From an uncultured Gemmatimonadales bacterium (lineage in GTDB: Bacteria; Gemmatimonadota; Gemmatimonadetes; Longimicrobiales; Gaopeijiaceae): a DNA stretch of 64,000 bases. Positions 51,713 to 61,079 of this stretch are shown here, in pieces; within the stretch, counting starts at the first letter, position 1, and each line of letters begins with the position of its first letter. The DNA lies in assembly GCA_963809895.1 (NCBI GenBank), contig CAWELD010000003.1, forward strand, positions 1,248,001 through 1,312,000, read 5' to 3'. A model generated the notes under the pieces. It saw only the letters and a list, made by a program, of their open reading frames with translations, did no database searches and was not told where the DNA came from. The translations under genes were made by a program, and so were the position numbers.

Positions 51713-52288
51713 TCAGAGCCCGAGGAAGTTCGCCAGCAGCGCCGGGCCCGCTTCGCTGAAGAGGGATTCCGGATGGAATTGCACGCCCCACACCGGGTGC
51801 GTGCGGTGGCGCATCCCCTGGATCTCCTCCTCCTCGCCGGGCTCGTCCGACCAGGCCACGGCCTCGAGCTCCGCGGGGAAGACCCGGGCATCCGTGGTGA
51901 GGGAGTGGTAGCGGGTCACGGTCAGGGGAGAGGGAATGCCCTGGAAGAGCCCCTCGCCCCGGTGCCGCACCCGCGCCGTCTTGCCGTGCATGAGGCGGTC
52001 CGCGCGCACCGTGCGCCCGCCGTACGCCTCGCCGATGGCCTGGTGGCCGAGACAGACGCCCAGGATCGGCGTGGTGCTCCCCAGCGCTCGGACCACGTCG
52101 ATGCTGATGCCCGCCTCGGCCGGCGTGCACGGACCGGGCGAGAGGACGATGCGCTCCGGCGCCATGGCGGCCACCTCCTCCACCGTGTGCTCGTCGTTCC
52201 GGATCACGCGCGGATCGGCGCCGAGCTCGCCCAGGAGCTGGACGAGGTTGAAGGTGAAGGAGTCGTAATTGTCGATGACGAGTAGCAT
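51713..52288 (-). CDS. Anthranilate/aminodeoxychorismate synthase component II (glutamine amidotransferase, TrpG/PabA)
   Basis: IDNYDSFT, LSPGP, GVCLGHQ, RYHSL, GVQFHPES. Confidence 0.95.
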   Translation of the reverse strand: MLLVIDNYDSFTFNLVQLLGELGADPRVIRNDEHTVEEVAAMAPERIVLSPGPCTPAEAGISIDVVRALGSTTPILGVCLGHQAIGEAYGGRTVRADRLMHGKTARVRHRGEGLFQGIPSPLTVTRYHSLTTDARVFPAELEAVAWSDEPGEEEEIQGMRHRTHPVWGVQFHPESLFSEAGPALLANFLGL

Positions 52289-52319
52289 GGGTGGGGACTT
52301 GCTTTGTTGGTGGGGCTCC

Positions 52320-52640
52320 GGGGGAGGAGGTTCCCCCTCCCTCACGCGCCGGGGCCGCTTGCGTATGTCCGACGGTCACGTTCGCGGGGCCCGGATGTTC
52401 GTTCGGGGGAACCTCCTCCCCCTGCGCCGAGCCATTATGCTCCCCGGCATCGATAAAGGCGAGCGGGGAGGGGCGTCGAGCCGGGCGGGTCATCGAGTCC
52501 ACGCGCCGGGGCCGCTTGCGTATGTCCGCGGTCACGTTCGCGGGGCCCGGATGTTCGTTCGGGGGAACCTCCTCCCCCTGCGCCGAGCCATTATGCTCCC
52601 CGGCATCGATAAAGGCGAGCGGGGAGGGCCGTCGAGCCGG
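52320..52640. repeat. Intergenic direct duplication (~142 bp, period 157) plus an 18-bp perfect inverted repeat
   Basis: 52343-52484 versus 52500-52640 differ by one indel and one substitution. GGGGGAGGAGGTTCCCCC (52320-52337) is the reverse complement of 52405-52422 and 52561-52578. Confidence 0.93.
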
Positions 52641-52779
52641 CCACCCGCACTGCTCGTATTGCGCGGGGGGGGTGGGGCGGGCATGCTCGCGGGAGCGAAC
52701 ATGTCCGGCGGCGAGAACGTAACACTGGTGGAGTCCGGGGCGGCATGCCGGCGTGATGCTGGATGAGGGAGGACCGAGG

Positions 52780-53805
52780 GTGATCCGAAGCTGTTTCGTG
52801 TGCGGCCGCGCGTTCGACGGGGAGCGTCTGTTCGAGCACGTCCCCCCGGCGGACCGTGTGGCCTACGACCCGGACCGCGGGCGCCTGTGGATGATCTGCC
52901 CCGGCTGCCGGCGCTGGTCGCTGGTCCCCATCGAGGACCGCTGGGAGGCGCTGGAGGAGCTGGAGCGGGGCGTCCGCGATCAGGGGCGGGTGTTGTCCAG
53001 CACCGACCGCATCGCCCTGATCAAGGTGGGGCCGTTGGAGGTCGTGCGCGTGGGGGGCGCGTCGCGCACCGAAGAGGCGTGGTGGCGCTACGGGCGGGAG
53101 CTCGTCTCCCGAAAGGAGGCCTACGGCCGTCTGTCCATGGCCGCGGGAATCGCCACCGGCGCCGTGCTGATCGGCGGCTGGGCCACGGGCGGCGTGGGCT
53201 TCATCGGCGCCTGGTGGCTCTGGGGTCACGCCCCGGCGCGCATCAAGGACGGCGCTCGTTGGCTCCGCTTCGGCAGCGACGCCTGGCGTGGCCGCCATAC
53301 CTGCCCGTCGTGCGGCTACGAGCTGCAGCGCCTGCGCTTCCGCGACCGGGGCGGACTCTTCCTCCTTCCCCACGCCGACAAAGACGTGGAGGTGGTGTAC
53401 CGCTGTCCACGGTGCGGCAGCGTGCGCGACGGCGGCATCCATCTGGAGCCCGACGACGGGACCCGGGTGCTACGCCGTGTGCTGGCCTACCGGCACTTCT
53501 CGGGAGCCAGTGAGGAGCGCGTGCGCTCGGCGACCCGCCTCATCGAGGAAGCCGGGTCCCCCGCCGACCTGTCCCGCCTCCTGGTCCGCGACGGCCGACG
53601 TCTGGAGGATCTGCAGAAGACGGGAGCGGTGGCGCTGGAGATCGCCGCCAACGAGTCCGCCGAGCAACGCCTCCTGGAGATGGAGGTGGCGGAGCTGGAA
53701 GCCGTCTGGCGGCGCGAAGAGGAGCTGGCCTCCATCATCGACGGCGAGCTCACTCCCCTTCCCCCGCTGGAAATCCTCCGACGCAAGATCACCGGAGGAA
53801 GCTGA
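52780..53805 (+). CDS. Hypothetical membrane protein with four CxxC pairs (two putative zinc ribbons)
   Basis: GGGAGGA RBS before GTG 52780. CFVC/CPGC, a central TM hairpin, CPSC/CPRC, and a C-terminal helix ALEIAANE..EQRLLE..LEAVWRREEELASIID. Confidence 0.8.
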   Translation: MIRSCFVCGRAFDGERLFEHVPPADRVAYDPDRGRLWMICPGCRRWSLVPIEDRWEALEELERGVRDQGRVLSSTDRIALIKVGPLEVVRVGGASRTEEAWWRYGRELVSRKEAYGRLSMAAGIATGAVLIGGWATGGVGFIGAWWLWGHAPARIKDGARWLRFGSDAWRGRHTCPSCGYELQRLRFRDRGGLFLLPHADKDVEVVYRCPRCGSVRDGGIHLEPDDGTRVLRRVLAYRHFSGASEERVRSATRLIEEAGSPADLSRLLVRDGRRLEDLQKTGAVALEIAANESAEQRLLEMEVAELEAVWRREEELASIIDGELTPLPPLEILRRKITGGS

Positions 53806-53826
53806 CCCAAGGGCGCGGGCACGCGC

Positions 53827-55605
53827 TCAGTAGTCCACGGGGCGCAGGTAGAACTCACCGATGGCGGTGGACGACAGCAGCGCCACGGTGGGGAGCTCCC
53901 GCTTCCAGTGCGTCGCGTTCAGGCGCCGCGCCACCAGCGACACCTGGGCCTCGGGCAGGCCGGACCGCACCAGGTCCGAGGGGCTCCATCCCCGCACCAA
54001 CCAGAACAGGATGGGATCGGCGGCATGGTATCCGATTCCCAGCTCGTCCTCGTCGTTGACCCCTCGCACCAGGTCGGCGGAGGCCGGCTTGTCCACGATG
54101 GCTTCCGGCACGCCCAGATGCCGCGCCAGCGCCCACACCTGCGTCTTGAACAGATCGCCCAGGGGGTTGATGGGCGGCGAGTCGTCGGCATGCCACGTGT
54201 AGTAGCCCAGCAGGCGCTCGCTCTTGTTCCCCGTCCCGAGGGGGAGCGCCCCGAGCTTGGCCGACTGATCGAAGAGCGTCACGGCGCGCATGCGGGCCAT
54301 GACGTTGCCGCGGCGCGTGGGATCGGCGTCGGGCTCGTGCTCGTTCAGGTAGGCGTCGACCATGCCGGTGATGTCCACGGTCCGCGACCGGGCTCCGGTG
54401 GCCTCCAGCGCCAGCGCCGCGTGCTCGAGGCTCTCGGGGCTCGAGGTCGCGTAGGGCATGCGGAACCCGTACACGTTCTCAGGCCCCAGCGCGGTGCACG
54501 CGAGGTAGAGCGACACCGCCGAGTCCACTCCACCCGAGACGCCGACCACCACCTTCTGGAAGCCCCGTCGCGTGACCACCTCTTCGCGGATGAAGCGCAC
54601 GAGGGCCTCCTCCACCAGGGGCAGATCGAGCTGAAGGACCTCCGGACCGGTGGGCAGAGGTCCGGCCGCCTCCGGATCGCCGCCGCCCTCGAGTCCGGAT
54701 TCGGGGGATTCCCATGCGGCGGTCCCCCCCGTGACGGCGCGCTCCAGCGAGCGCTGAAGGTGCGGGAGCATCTGCTCCAGGTCCGCCAGCAGTGGCGCGT
54801 CGTCGCGGGCTCGCTCGATCCTGCGGCCGCCCAGCGTCGCTGCGACCACCCCTTCCTCCAGCAACGGCCCCCGGGCGATGGTGGCACCCTCGGGGCCGAT
54901 CACGGCGGACCCTCCCGGAAAGAGCTTGCCGCCCTCGGAGCCGACCAGCTGACACACCGCCACGTAGATCCCGTGCTCCTCGGCCATGGTGCGGGCCAGT
55001 CGATCCCAGCGGGCGAGGTTGCCTGGGAGCCCGTCTCCTTCGGGCCCGAAGTCCCTGGCCGGCGAAGCGCTCACCACCACCACCAGCTCCGCGCCGTCCA
55101 GCGCCAGGACCGCCCCGGGGAGCGAGTGCCAGGCTTCTTCGCACACCAGGAGCCCCAGACGTCCGAAACGGGTGTCCACCGCGCGCAGCTCACGGCCGGT
55201 CTCCACGAAGCGGGCCTCGTCGAACACCCCGTACGTGGGCAGGAAGAGCTTCCGGTGCACGTGCAGCGGCCGGTAGCCGTCGCCGTCGGGCGTGAAGTAC
55301 CCCACGGCGTTGTAGAGGCGACGGCGCCAACGCTCGTAGAACCCCACCACCACGTCCGGCGCACCCTGGACGGGGCGCCCCAATCCGGCCGCGACCTGGG
55401 CCGCCGAGCGCGCCGCCTCCTGAACGCCTCCCTGGAGGAAGTAGCCCGACAGCGAGGCTTCCGGGAACACCATCAGGTCGAATCGACCCGCCCCGTCCTC
55501 CACCTGCTGGCGGATGCGGGCGAGGTTCTCCTCGGGGTGTGCCTTGCGGGGGCGGAACTGTACCAGGCCCAGGCGAAGGGGACCGGGGACGGACGGCTCG
55601 CTCAT
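53827..55605 (-). CDS. nadE: Glutamine-dependent NAD+ synthetase (nitrilase domain + synthetase domain)
   Basis: FPE / HRKLFLPTYGVFDE / VCEEAW triad region, then GVSGGVDS, GNVMARMR, GTGNKSE, DLFKTQV, KPASADL. Confidence 0.95.
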   Translation of the reverse strand: MSEPSVPGPLRLGLVQFRPRKAHPEENLARIRQQVEDGAGRFDLMVFPEASLSGYFLQGGVQEAARSAAQVAAGLGRPVQGAPDVVVGFYERWRRRLYNAVGYFTPDGDGYRPLHVHRKLFLPTYGVFDEARFVETGRELRAVDTRFGRLGLLVCEEAWHSLPGAVLALDGAELVVVVSASPARDFGPEGDGLPGNLARWDRLARTMAEEHGIYVAVCQLVGSEGGKLFPGGSAVIGPEGATIARGPLLEEGVVAATLGGRRIERARDDAPLLADLEQMLPHLQRSLERAVTGGTAAWESPESGLEGGGDPEAAGPLPTGPEVLQLDLPLVEEALVRFIREEVVTRRGFQKVVVGVSGGVDSAVSLYLACTALGPENVYGFRMPYATSSPESLEHAALALEATGARSRTVDITGMVDAYLNEHEPDADPTRRGNVMARMRAVTLFDQSAKLGALPLGTGNKSERLLGYYTWHADDSPPINPLGDLFKTQVWALARHLGVPEAIVDKPASADLVRGVNDEDELGIGYHAADPILFWLVRGWSPSDLVRSGLPEAQVSLVARRLNATHWKRELPTVALLSSTAIGEFYLRPVDY

Positions 55606-55808
55606 GGCGGTGGATCCGGGCTTCGGGAGTGAAGCGGCACCAGCGCGCGGGGCTTCCTGGGGCCTCGATGTGCAACGCTACCTGAAAAGCTACAGGGCCC
55701 GGCGGATCGCGACAGAGGGGAGCACGAGGAGTCCGGGCCGCGGGAACGCGACTCAGGCGCCCGGGGTTACATCCGAAACGACCCGATTCCCGAACGCAGA
55801 TCCTGCCC

Positions 55809-57431
55809 ATGATTCGCACGCGCGCCCTGATTCTGGCCCTCACTCTCGCCGCGCCCCTTCCCGTCGCCGCGCAGGACGCCTCCGCGCCCATGCGCCAGAG
55901 CGCTCCCACCGGAAGCGGCGCCGAGGAAGCACAGATCTTCGTCAGCGCCCTGCGGGCCATCTCGCAGCTGTCGCAGAAGAGCCTCTCCGACTCCACGCTG
56001 TGGACCAACGCCCTGGACGGGCTCATCGAGTCGTTGAACGATCCCTACGCCTCGGTCTTCACGCCGAGTGAGGTCGATCAATTCGAAGAGGCGAACACGG
56101 GCAATTACGCGGGCATCGGGGTCCAGATCACCGAGCTGGACGATCTGGTCACGGTCACCGCCGTCTTCCGGGGCACGCCCGCCGAGCAGGTCGGGATGCA
56201 GGTGGGGGACATCATCGTCGGTGTGAACGGCGACGACACCCGGGACTGGACCACGCAGCAGGTGTCCGACGTGATCCGTGGGCCCGTGGGCTCGGAGGTG
56301 AAGGTCGCGGTGGAGCGTGACGGCTACGAGCGACCGATCCCCCTGGACATCACCCGCGACGAGGTGCACGTGTCGGCGGTGGCCGACGCCCGCCTCCCCG
56401 ACGGCCTGGCCTACGTCGCCATGGACCGGGTCGCGCGCAACGTGGCCCAGGAGCTGGACTCGGTTCTTTCCATCCACCGGAACGACAAGGGCCTGATCCT
56501 GGACCTGCGCGGCAATCCCGGAGGCTACCTGGACGAGGCCCTGATGCTGTCCGACATCTTCCTGTCTCCGGGCCAGACGCTGGCGGCCACACGGAGCCGG
56601 ACGCCGGGCAAGGCGGACGAGACGACCTACGAGTCGTACACGGACCGCATGCCGCCCCGCATCCCGCAGATGCCCATCATCGTGCTGGTGAACGACTACA
56701 CCGCCTCTGCGGCTGAAATCCTCACCGGCGCGCTCCAGGACTACGACCGGGCGCTGGTGGTGGGCCAACGCACCTTCGGCAAGGGGATCGTCCAGACCGT
56801 GCTCGACCTTCCCTACGGCCGCAAGCTGCGGCTCACGACCGGGTCCTGGTACACGCCGCTGGGCCGCTCCCTGCACCGCCCCCGTGGGTCCGACGGCATG
56901 CCCCTGCCGGAAGACGTGGACACCTTTCCCGAGATCCGCACGCCGGCGGGCCGTACGCTGATCGCCGCCGGAGGGATCTTCCCGGACCTGGACATCGAGG
57001 ACGACACGCTCAAGCTCAAGGAGCGGGAGCTCTTGCAGACGGCCGCCGAGGACGGCGTGCCGCTGCCGCTGCGCGTGGCGGAGTTCGGCTTCAGCGAGGC
57101 CAAGGTGCTCAAGGAGGCTGGTGAGGCCCCGCACCTGCGCCAGCAGCCCTTCGACGCCTTCCTGGACCAGCTCGTCTCCGAGGGACTCCCCTCCGAGCTC
57201 GTGCACGATGCCGTGGTAGTGGACTACCTGAACTGGCGCGCGCGGCTCTCCATCGCCGACCGCATGGACGACCTGGCCACCGCCGCCGAGGTGCGCATGG
57301 AGCGCGACCCGGTGCTGCGGACCGCCCAGAAGCTGCTCGAAGAGTCCAGGACCCAGCCCGAGCTCTACGCCCAGGCCGCGCAGGCCGGAGGCGAGGGGCG
57401 AGCGTCGCGATCCGAGGGCTCGGCGCGCTGA
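55809..57431 (+). CDS. ctpA: Carboxy-terminal processing protease, S41 family
   Basis: Signal peptide, LNDPY, PDZ, LILDLRGNPGG, TASAAEI, RTFGKG.VQ, LTTGSWYTP.GRS. Confidence 0.92.
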   Translation: MIRTRALILALTLAAPLPVAAQDASAPMRQSAPTGSGAEEAQIFVSALRAISQLSQKSLSDSTLWTNALDGLIESLNDPYASVFTPSEVDQFEEANTGNYAGIGVQITELDDLVTVTAVFRGTPAEQVGMQVGDIIVGVNGDDTRDWTTQQVSDVIRGPVGSEVKVAVERDGYERPIPLDITRDEVHVSAVADARLPDGLAYVAMDRVARNVAQELDSVLSIHRNDKGLILDLRGNPGGYLDEALMLSDIFLSPGQTLAATRSRTPGKADETTYESYTDRMPPRIPQMPIIVLVNDYTASAAEILTGALQDYDRALVVGQRTFGKGIVQTVLDLPYGRKLRLTTGSWYTPLGRSLHRPRGSDGMPLPEDVDTFPEIRTPAGRTLIAAGGIFPDLDIEDDTLKLKERELLQTAAEDGVPLPLRVAEFGFSEAKVLKEAGEAPHLRQQPFDAFLDQLVSEGLPSELVHDAVVVDYLNWRARLSIADRMDDLATAAEVRMERDPVLRTAQKLLEESRTQPELYAQAAQAGGEGRASRSEGSAR

Positions 57432-57474
57432 CGGCACGCGGCGGCCGGTAGCCGCCGACTCCGGCCCTGCTGCC

Positions 57475-58374
57475 CTACCCTCTGGGATGGTGCTTGCGGT
57501 GCACCTCCCGCAGGTATTCCCGATCCACGTGCGTGTAGATCTGGGTGGTGGAGATGTCGGCGTGCCCCAGAAGCTCCTGGACCGCGGCCAGGTCCGCGCC
57601 GCCCTCCAGCAGATGGGTGGCGAAGGAGTGACGCAGGGTGTGGGGAGAGACCCGGCGTTCGATTCCGGCCCTCCGGGTGGCTTCCTTCACCAGGTTCCAC
57701 ACCGCCTGCCGGCTGAGCGGACGCCCGCGGGCGTTCAGGAACACCCGGCCCTTGGTCCGTCCGTCGTCGAGCACGGGCCTCACCTCGCGCAGGTAGCGCT
57801 CGAGGGCTCGCACCGCCGGCCCCCCTACGGGAACCAGGCGCTCCTTGGAGCCCTTGCCGAACACCAGCACCAGGCGCTCATCCAGGTCCAGGGCGCGCAC
57901 GGGCAACTCCACGAGCTCCGAGACGCGCATCCCCGTGGCGTAGAGCGTCTCGAGAATGGCCCGGTCCCGCCAGTGCATGGGATGGCCCTCCTCCGGCGCC
58001 TCCAGCAGGCGCTCGACCTCCTCGCGCGACAGCACGTCCGGCAGCCGCCGCCACACGCGCGGTGATTCGAGGCGCTCCGTGGGATCGTCCTCCAGCACGC
58101 CTTCGGCCAGCAGGAAGGCGAAGTAGGTCCGAAGCGCCGACTGGGCCCTCCGTATGGAGGTCGCCGCCAGCCCCGCGTCCTTGAGATGGAAGGTGTAGTC
58201 GCGCAGGGCGTTGCCGGTCACGGCGTCGGGCCGGCGCACGCCCCGATCCTCGACGAAGGCCAGAAAGCGTTCCACGTCGCGGCGATACGCCGCGATGCTG
58301 CGGGCGGCGAGGCCCCGTTCGAAGGCGAGATGGTCCAGGAACGGTTCCAGACGGAACTCCCGGCTCACGCCCAT
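57475..58374 (-). CDS. xerD: Site-specific tyrosine recombinase XerD
   Basis: ERGLA..SIAAYRRD, LYATGMRVSEL, GKGSKERLVP, SPHTLRHSFATHLL, LGHADISTTQIYTHV, HHPRG; core-gene context. Confidence 0.92.
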   Translation of the reverse strand: MGVSREFRLEPFLDHLAFERGLAARSIAAYRRDVERFLAFVEDRGVRRPDAVTGNALRDYTFHLKDAGLAATSIRRAQSALRTYFAFLLAEGVLEDDPTERLESPRVWRRLPDVLSREEVERLLEAPEEGHPMHWRDRAILETLYATGMRVSELVELPVRALDLDERLVLVFGKGSKERLVPVGGPAVRALERYLREVRPVLDDGRTKGRVFLNARGRPLSRQAVWNLVKEATRRAGIERRVSPHTLRHSFATHLLEGGADLAAVQELLGHADISTTQIYTHVDREYLREVHRKHHPRG

Positions 58375-58375
58375 G

Positions 58376-58981
58376 TCAGCCGCTCCTGCGGCTCCGCCAC
58401 CACCAGAAGCCCACCGCTCCCGCCACCACCAGCGCGACGATCAGCAGGACCCGATTCGTGCCGGCGAGCCAGGCTTCGACGTGCTCGAGATTGCGTCCGG
58501 CGGTGACACCCGCCCACAGCAGCGCCCCGTACCAGATGGCCGAGGCCGAAGCCACCGGCACGGCCACGCGGGCAAAGGGCTGGTGGCTGACCCCGGCGAA
58601 GGCCGGGACCACGGCCCTCAGGCCCGGAAGGAAGCGCGCGAAGAAGATGGCCGCCACACCCCAGCGGCGGTAGAAGCGCTGTATGCGCTGGAGTTGCGCG
58701 TCGCCGAGGAGAAGGCGACCCGCGCCTTCCTCGAAGAAGACGCGCCCGTATCGGTGTCCCATCCAGTAGACCAGGAGCGCGCTGGCGACGTTGGCGAACC
58801 AGATGAGGGCGAGGATGGTCCAGGGCTCCACCGTTCCCCGGGATGCCAGCAGTCCGCCCACCACGACGAAGGTGTCCGCGGGCACCGGAGGAACCAGATT
58901 CTCGAGAGCGGCCCCCAGAGGAAGGACGACGTAGACCAGCGGTCCGGGAAGGGCCGCCAGCCAGTCCAGTGCCGCATTCAC
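58376..58981 (-). CDS. DedA-family membrane protein
   Basis: LENLVPPVPAD and FFARFLPGLR motifs. Confidence 0.92.
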   Translation of the reverse strand: MNAALDWLAALPGPLVYVVLPLGAALENLVPPVPADTFVVVGGLLASRGTVEPWTILALIWFANVASALLVYWMGHRYGRVFFEEGAGRLLLGDAQLQRIQRFYRRWGVAAIFFARFLPGLRAVVPAFAGVSHQPFARVAVPVASASAIWYGALLWAGVTAGRNLEHVEAWLAGTNRVLLIVALVVAGAVGFWWWRSRRSG

Positions 58982-59469
58982 GTGCCTCCGGCGTCGGACA
59001 TGCGATCCACCAGGGCGACCGCATGCACCGCCAGCCCCTCGCCGGCACCGATCCAGCCCAGTCCCTCGTTGCTCTTGCCCTTCACGGACACGAAGTCGGC
59101 GCCGATCCGGAGCACCTCACCGAGCCGCTCCCGCATGGCGCCCGCCACGGGGCCGATCTTCGGACTCTCGCACACTACGGTCACATCCACGTTCACGACC
59201 TGGTAGTTGCGTCGTTCGAGCACGTCCACGGTCCGCCGCAGGAGGTCGAGGGAGTCGGCATCCTTCCAGGTGTCGTCGTCGGGCGGAAAGTGGGATCCGA
59301 TGTCTCCGGCTCCGGCGGCGCCCAGAAGCGCGTCGGTGACGGCGTGACACACGGCGTCGCCGTCCGAGTGTCCGGCGAGGCCGGGGTGGTCGGCGATGCG
59401 AACGCCCCCCAGGATCAGGGAGCGTCCGGCATCGAAGCGGTGGGAGTCGTAGCCGAGTCCGACACGCAC
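58978..59469 (-). CDS. ispF: 2-C-methyl-D-erythritol 2,4-cyclodiphosphate synthase
   Basis: RVGLGYDSH, GHSDGD, DALLGA..GDIG.HFP. Confidence 0.96.
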   Translation of the reverse strand: MRVGLGYDSHRFDAGRSLILGGVRIADHPGLAGHSDGDAVCHAVTDALLGAAGAGDIGSHFPPDDDTWKDADSLDLLRRTVDVLERRNYQVVNVDVTVVCESPKIGPVAGAMRERLGEVLRIGADFVSVKGKSNEGLGWIGAGEGLAVHAVALVDRMSDAGGT

Positions 59470-59476
59470 GAGGTGC

Positions 59477-60751
59477 CTACCCGTCCCATCTCCGGAAGGC
59501 GAGGCAAACGTTGTGCCCGCCGAAGCCGAAGGAGTTGCTCAGCACCGTGCGAACCTCGCGCTCGACCGTGCGGTTGTGGGCGTAGTCCAGGTCGCAGGTG
59601 GGATCGGCTTCGGAGAAGTTGATGGTGGGCGGAATCCGTGCGTCCCGGCAAACCAGCAGGGAGATCACGGATTCCAGGGCCCCGGCCGCTCCGAGGAGGT
59701 GGCCGGTCATGGACTTGGTGGACCCGACCACGATCTCGTAGGCCCGCTCCCCGAGCACCGCCTTGATCGCGGCGGTCTCGTTGGTGTCGTTCATGGGCGT
59801 GGAGGTCCCGTGGGCGTTGACGTAGTCGACCTCTTCAGGGGCGATGCCCGCGTCGGCCAACGCCAGCCGCATGGCGTGCTGGGCTCCGGCACCCTCCGGG
59901 GCCGGTGACGTGATGTGGTAGGCATCGCCCGACAGACCGTACCCTACCACCTCACCGAAGATGGTGGCTCCCCGCGCCTGGGCGTGCTCCAGCTCCTCCA
60001 GGATCACGGCGCCCGAGCCCTCACCGATGACGAATCCGTCGCGGCCGGCGTCGAACGGTCGGCTCGCCGTGGCGGGATCGTCGTTGCGGGTGGACATGGC
60101 CTTCATGGCCGCGAATCCCGCGATGGTCATGGGCGTGATCGTGGCCTCCGTGCCTCCGGCGAGCATCAGGTCCGCGTCGCCTCGCTGGATGATGCGGCAG
60201 GCATCGCCCACGGCGTGCGCGCTGGAGGCGCATGCCGACACGGTGGCGTAGTTGGGCCCCTGTGCGTTGAAGCGGATGGAGATCAGCCCCGCCGCGATGT
60301 CCGGAATGAACATGGGCACGAAGAACGGGCTCACCCGTCCCGGGCCCCGCTCCAGGAGCGTACGGTGCTGCTCCTCGAAGGTGGCGATCCCTCCGATCCC
60401 GCTGCCGAAGATGACCCCGAACCGCTCGGGTGGTGTGCCCTCGGGAGGCCCATCCAGCCCCGCCGAGCGCATGGCCTCGTCCGAGGCCACGAGCCCGAAC
60501 TGGGCAAAGCGGTCGTAGCGGCGCACTTCCTTCGCGTCGAGCACGCCGGAAGGATCGAAGTCCTTCACCTCGCACGCGATGCGCGTCGGGAAATCCTCCG
60601 TGGCGTCGAAGTGGGTGATGGTGCCACCCCCACTCGTCCCCGCCAGCAGGGCTTTCCAGGTGGACTCGACGTCATGTCCCACCGGACAGAGAACGCCCAT
60701 CCCCGTCACCACCACCCGCTTCTCGCCGCGGGCATTCGTCATGGCCGTCAT
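59477..60751 (-). CDS. fabF: Beta-ketoacyl-ACP synthase II
   Basis: RVVVTGMG, SACASS, NAHGTST, KSMTGHLLGA, SNSFGFGGHN. Confidence 0.97.
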   Translation of the reverse strand: MTAMTNARGEKRVVVTGMGVLCPVGHDVESTWKALLAGTSGGGTITHFDATEDFPTRIACEVKDFDPSGVLDAKEVRRYDRFAQFGLVASDEAMRSAGLDGPPEGTPPERFGVIFGSGIGGIATFEEQHRTLLERGPGRVSPFFVPMFIPDIAAGLISIRFNAQGPNYATVSACASSAHAVGDACRIIQRGDADLMLAGGTEATITPMTIAGFAAMKAMSTRNDDPATASRPFDAGRDGFVIGEGSGAVILEELEHAQARGATIFGEVVGYGLSGDAYHITSPAPEGAGAQHAMRLALADAGIAPEEVDYVNAHGTSTPMNDTNETAAIKAVLGERAYEIVVGSTKSMTGHLLGAAGALESVISLLVCRDARIPPTINFSEADPTCDLDYAHNRTVEREVRTVLSNSFGFGGHNVCLAFRRWDG

Positions 60752-60770
60752 GGTAGGCGGAAACCCGCCC

Positions 60771-61007
60771 CTACTCCACGTTCTTCTTCATGTACTCGAT
60801 GGCGTCACCCACCGTGCGGAGCTGCTCGGCATCCTCGTCGGGGATGTCGATGCCGAACTCCTCCTCGAAGGCCATGACGAGCTCGACCGTGTCGAGCGAA
60901 TCGGCGCCGAGATCCTCCACGAACGAGGCGTCGTCTGTGACCTTGTCCGGCTCCACGCCGAGCTCGTTGATGATGATCTCCCGAACCTTGGATTCGGCGT
61001 CCGACAT
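60771..61007 (-). CDS. acpP: Acyl carrier protein
   Basis: [20 protein letters not shown]. Confidence 0.98.
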   Translation of the reverse strand: MSDAESKVREIIINELGVEPDKVTDDASFVEDLGADSLDTVELVMAFEEEFGIDIPDEDAEQLRTVGDAIEYMKKNVE

Positions 61008-61079
61008 GCGTTCCCCCCTTTTGGGTTGGTTGCGATTCGTATCGAGTTCAGATACTGCGAGAAAGACCGGCCACGCCGG

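Noticed and set aside
49911..51911. 666-aa plus-strand ORF as a single real protein
   Set aside because: Only the segment 50262 to ~50693 (CopC plus linker) is protein-like. The rest is off-frame over copD and overlaps trpG/pabA.
57475..58374. Tyrosine recombinase as a prophage or island integrase acting on the ssrA repeats
   Set aside because: Length, motifs and the HPRG terminus fit chromosomal XerD. It is coupled to core genes and lies 50 kb from ssrA.
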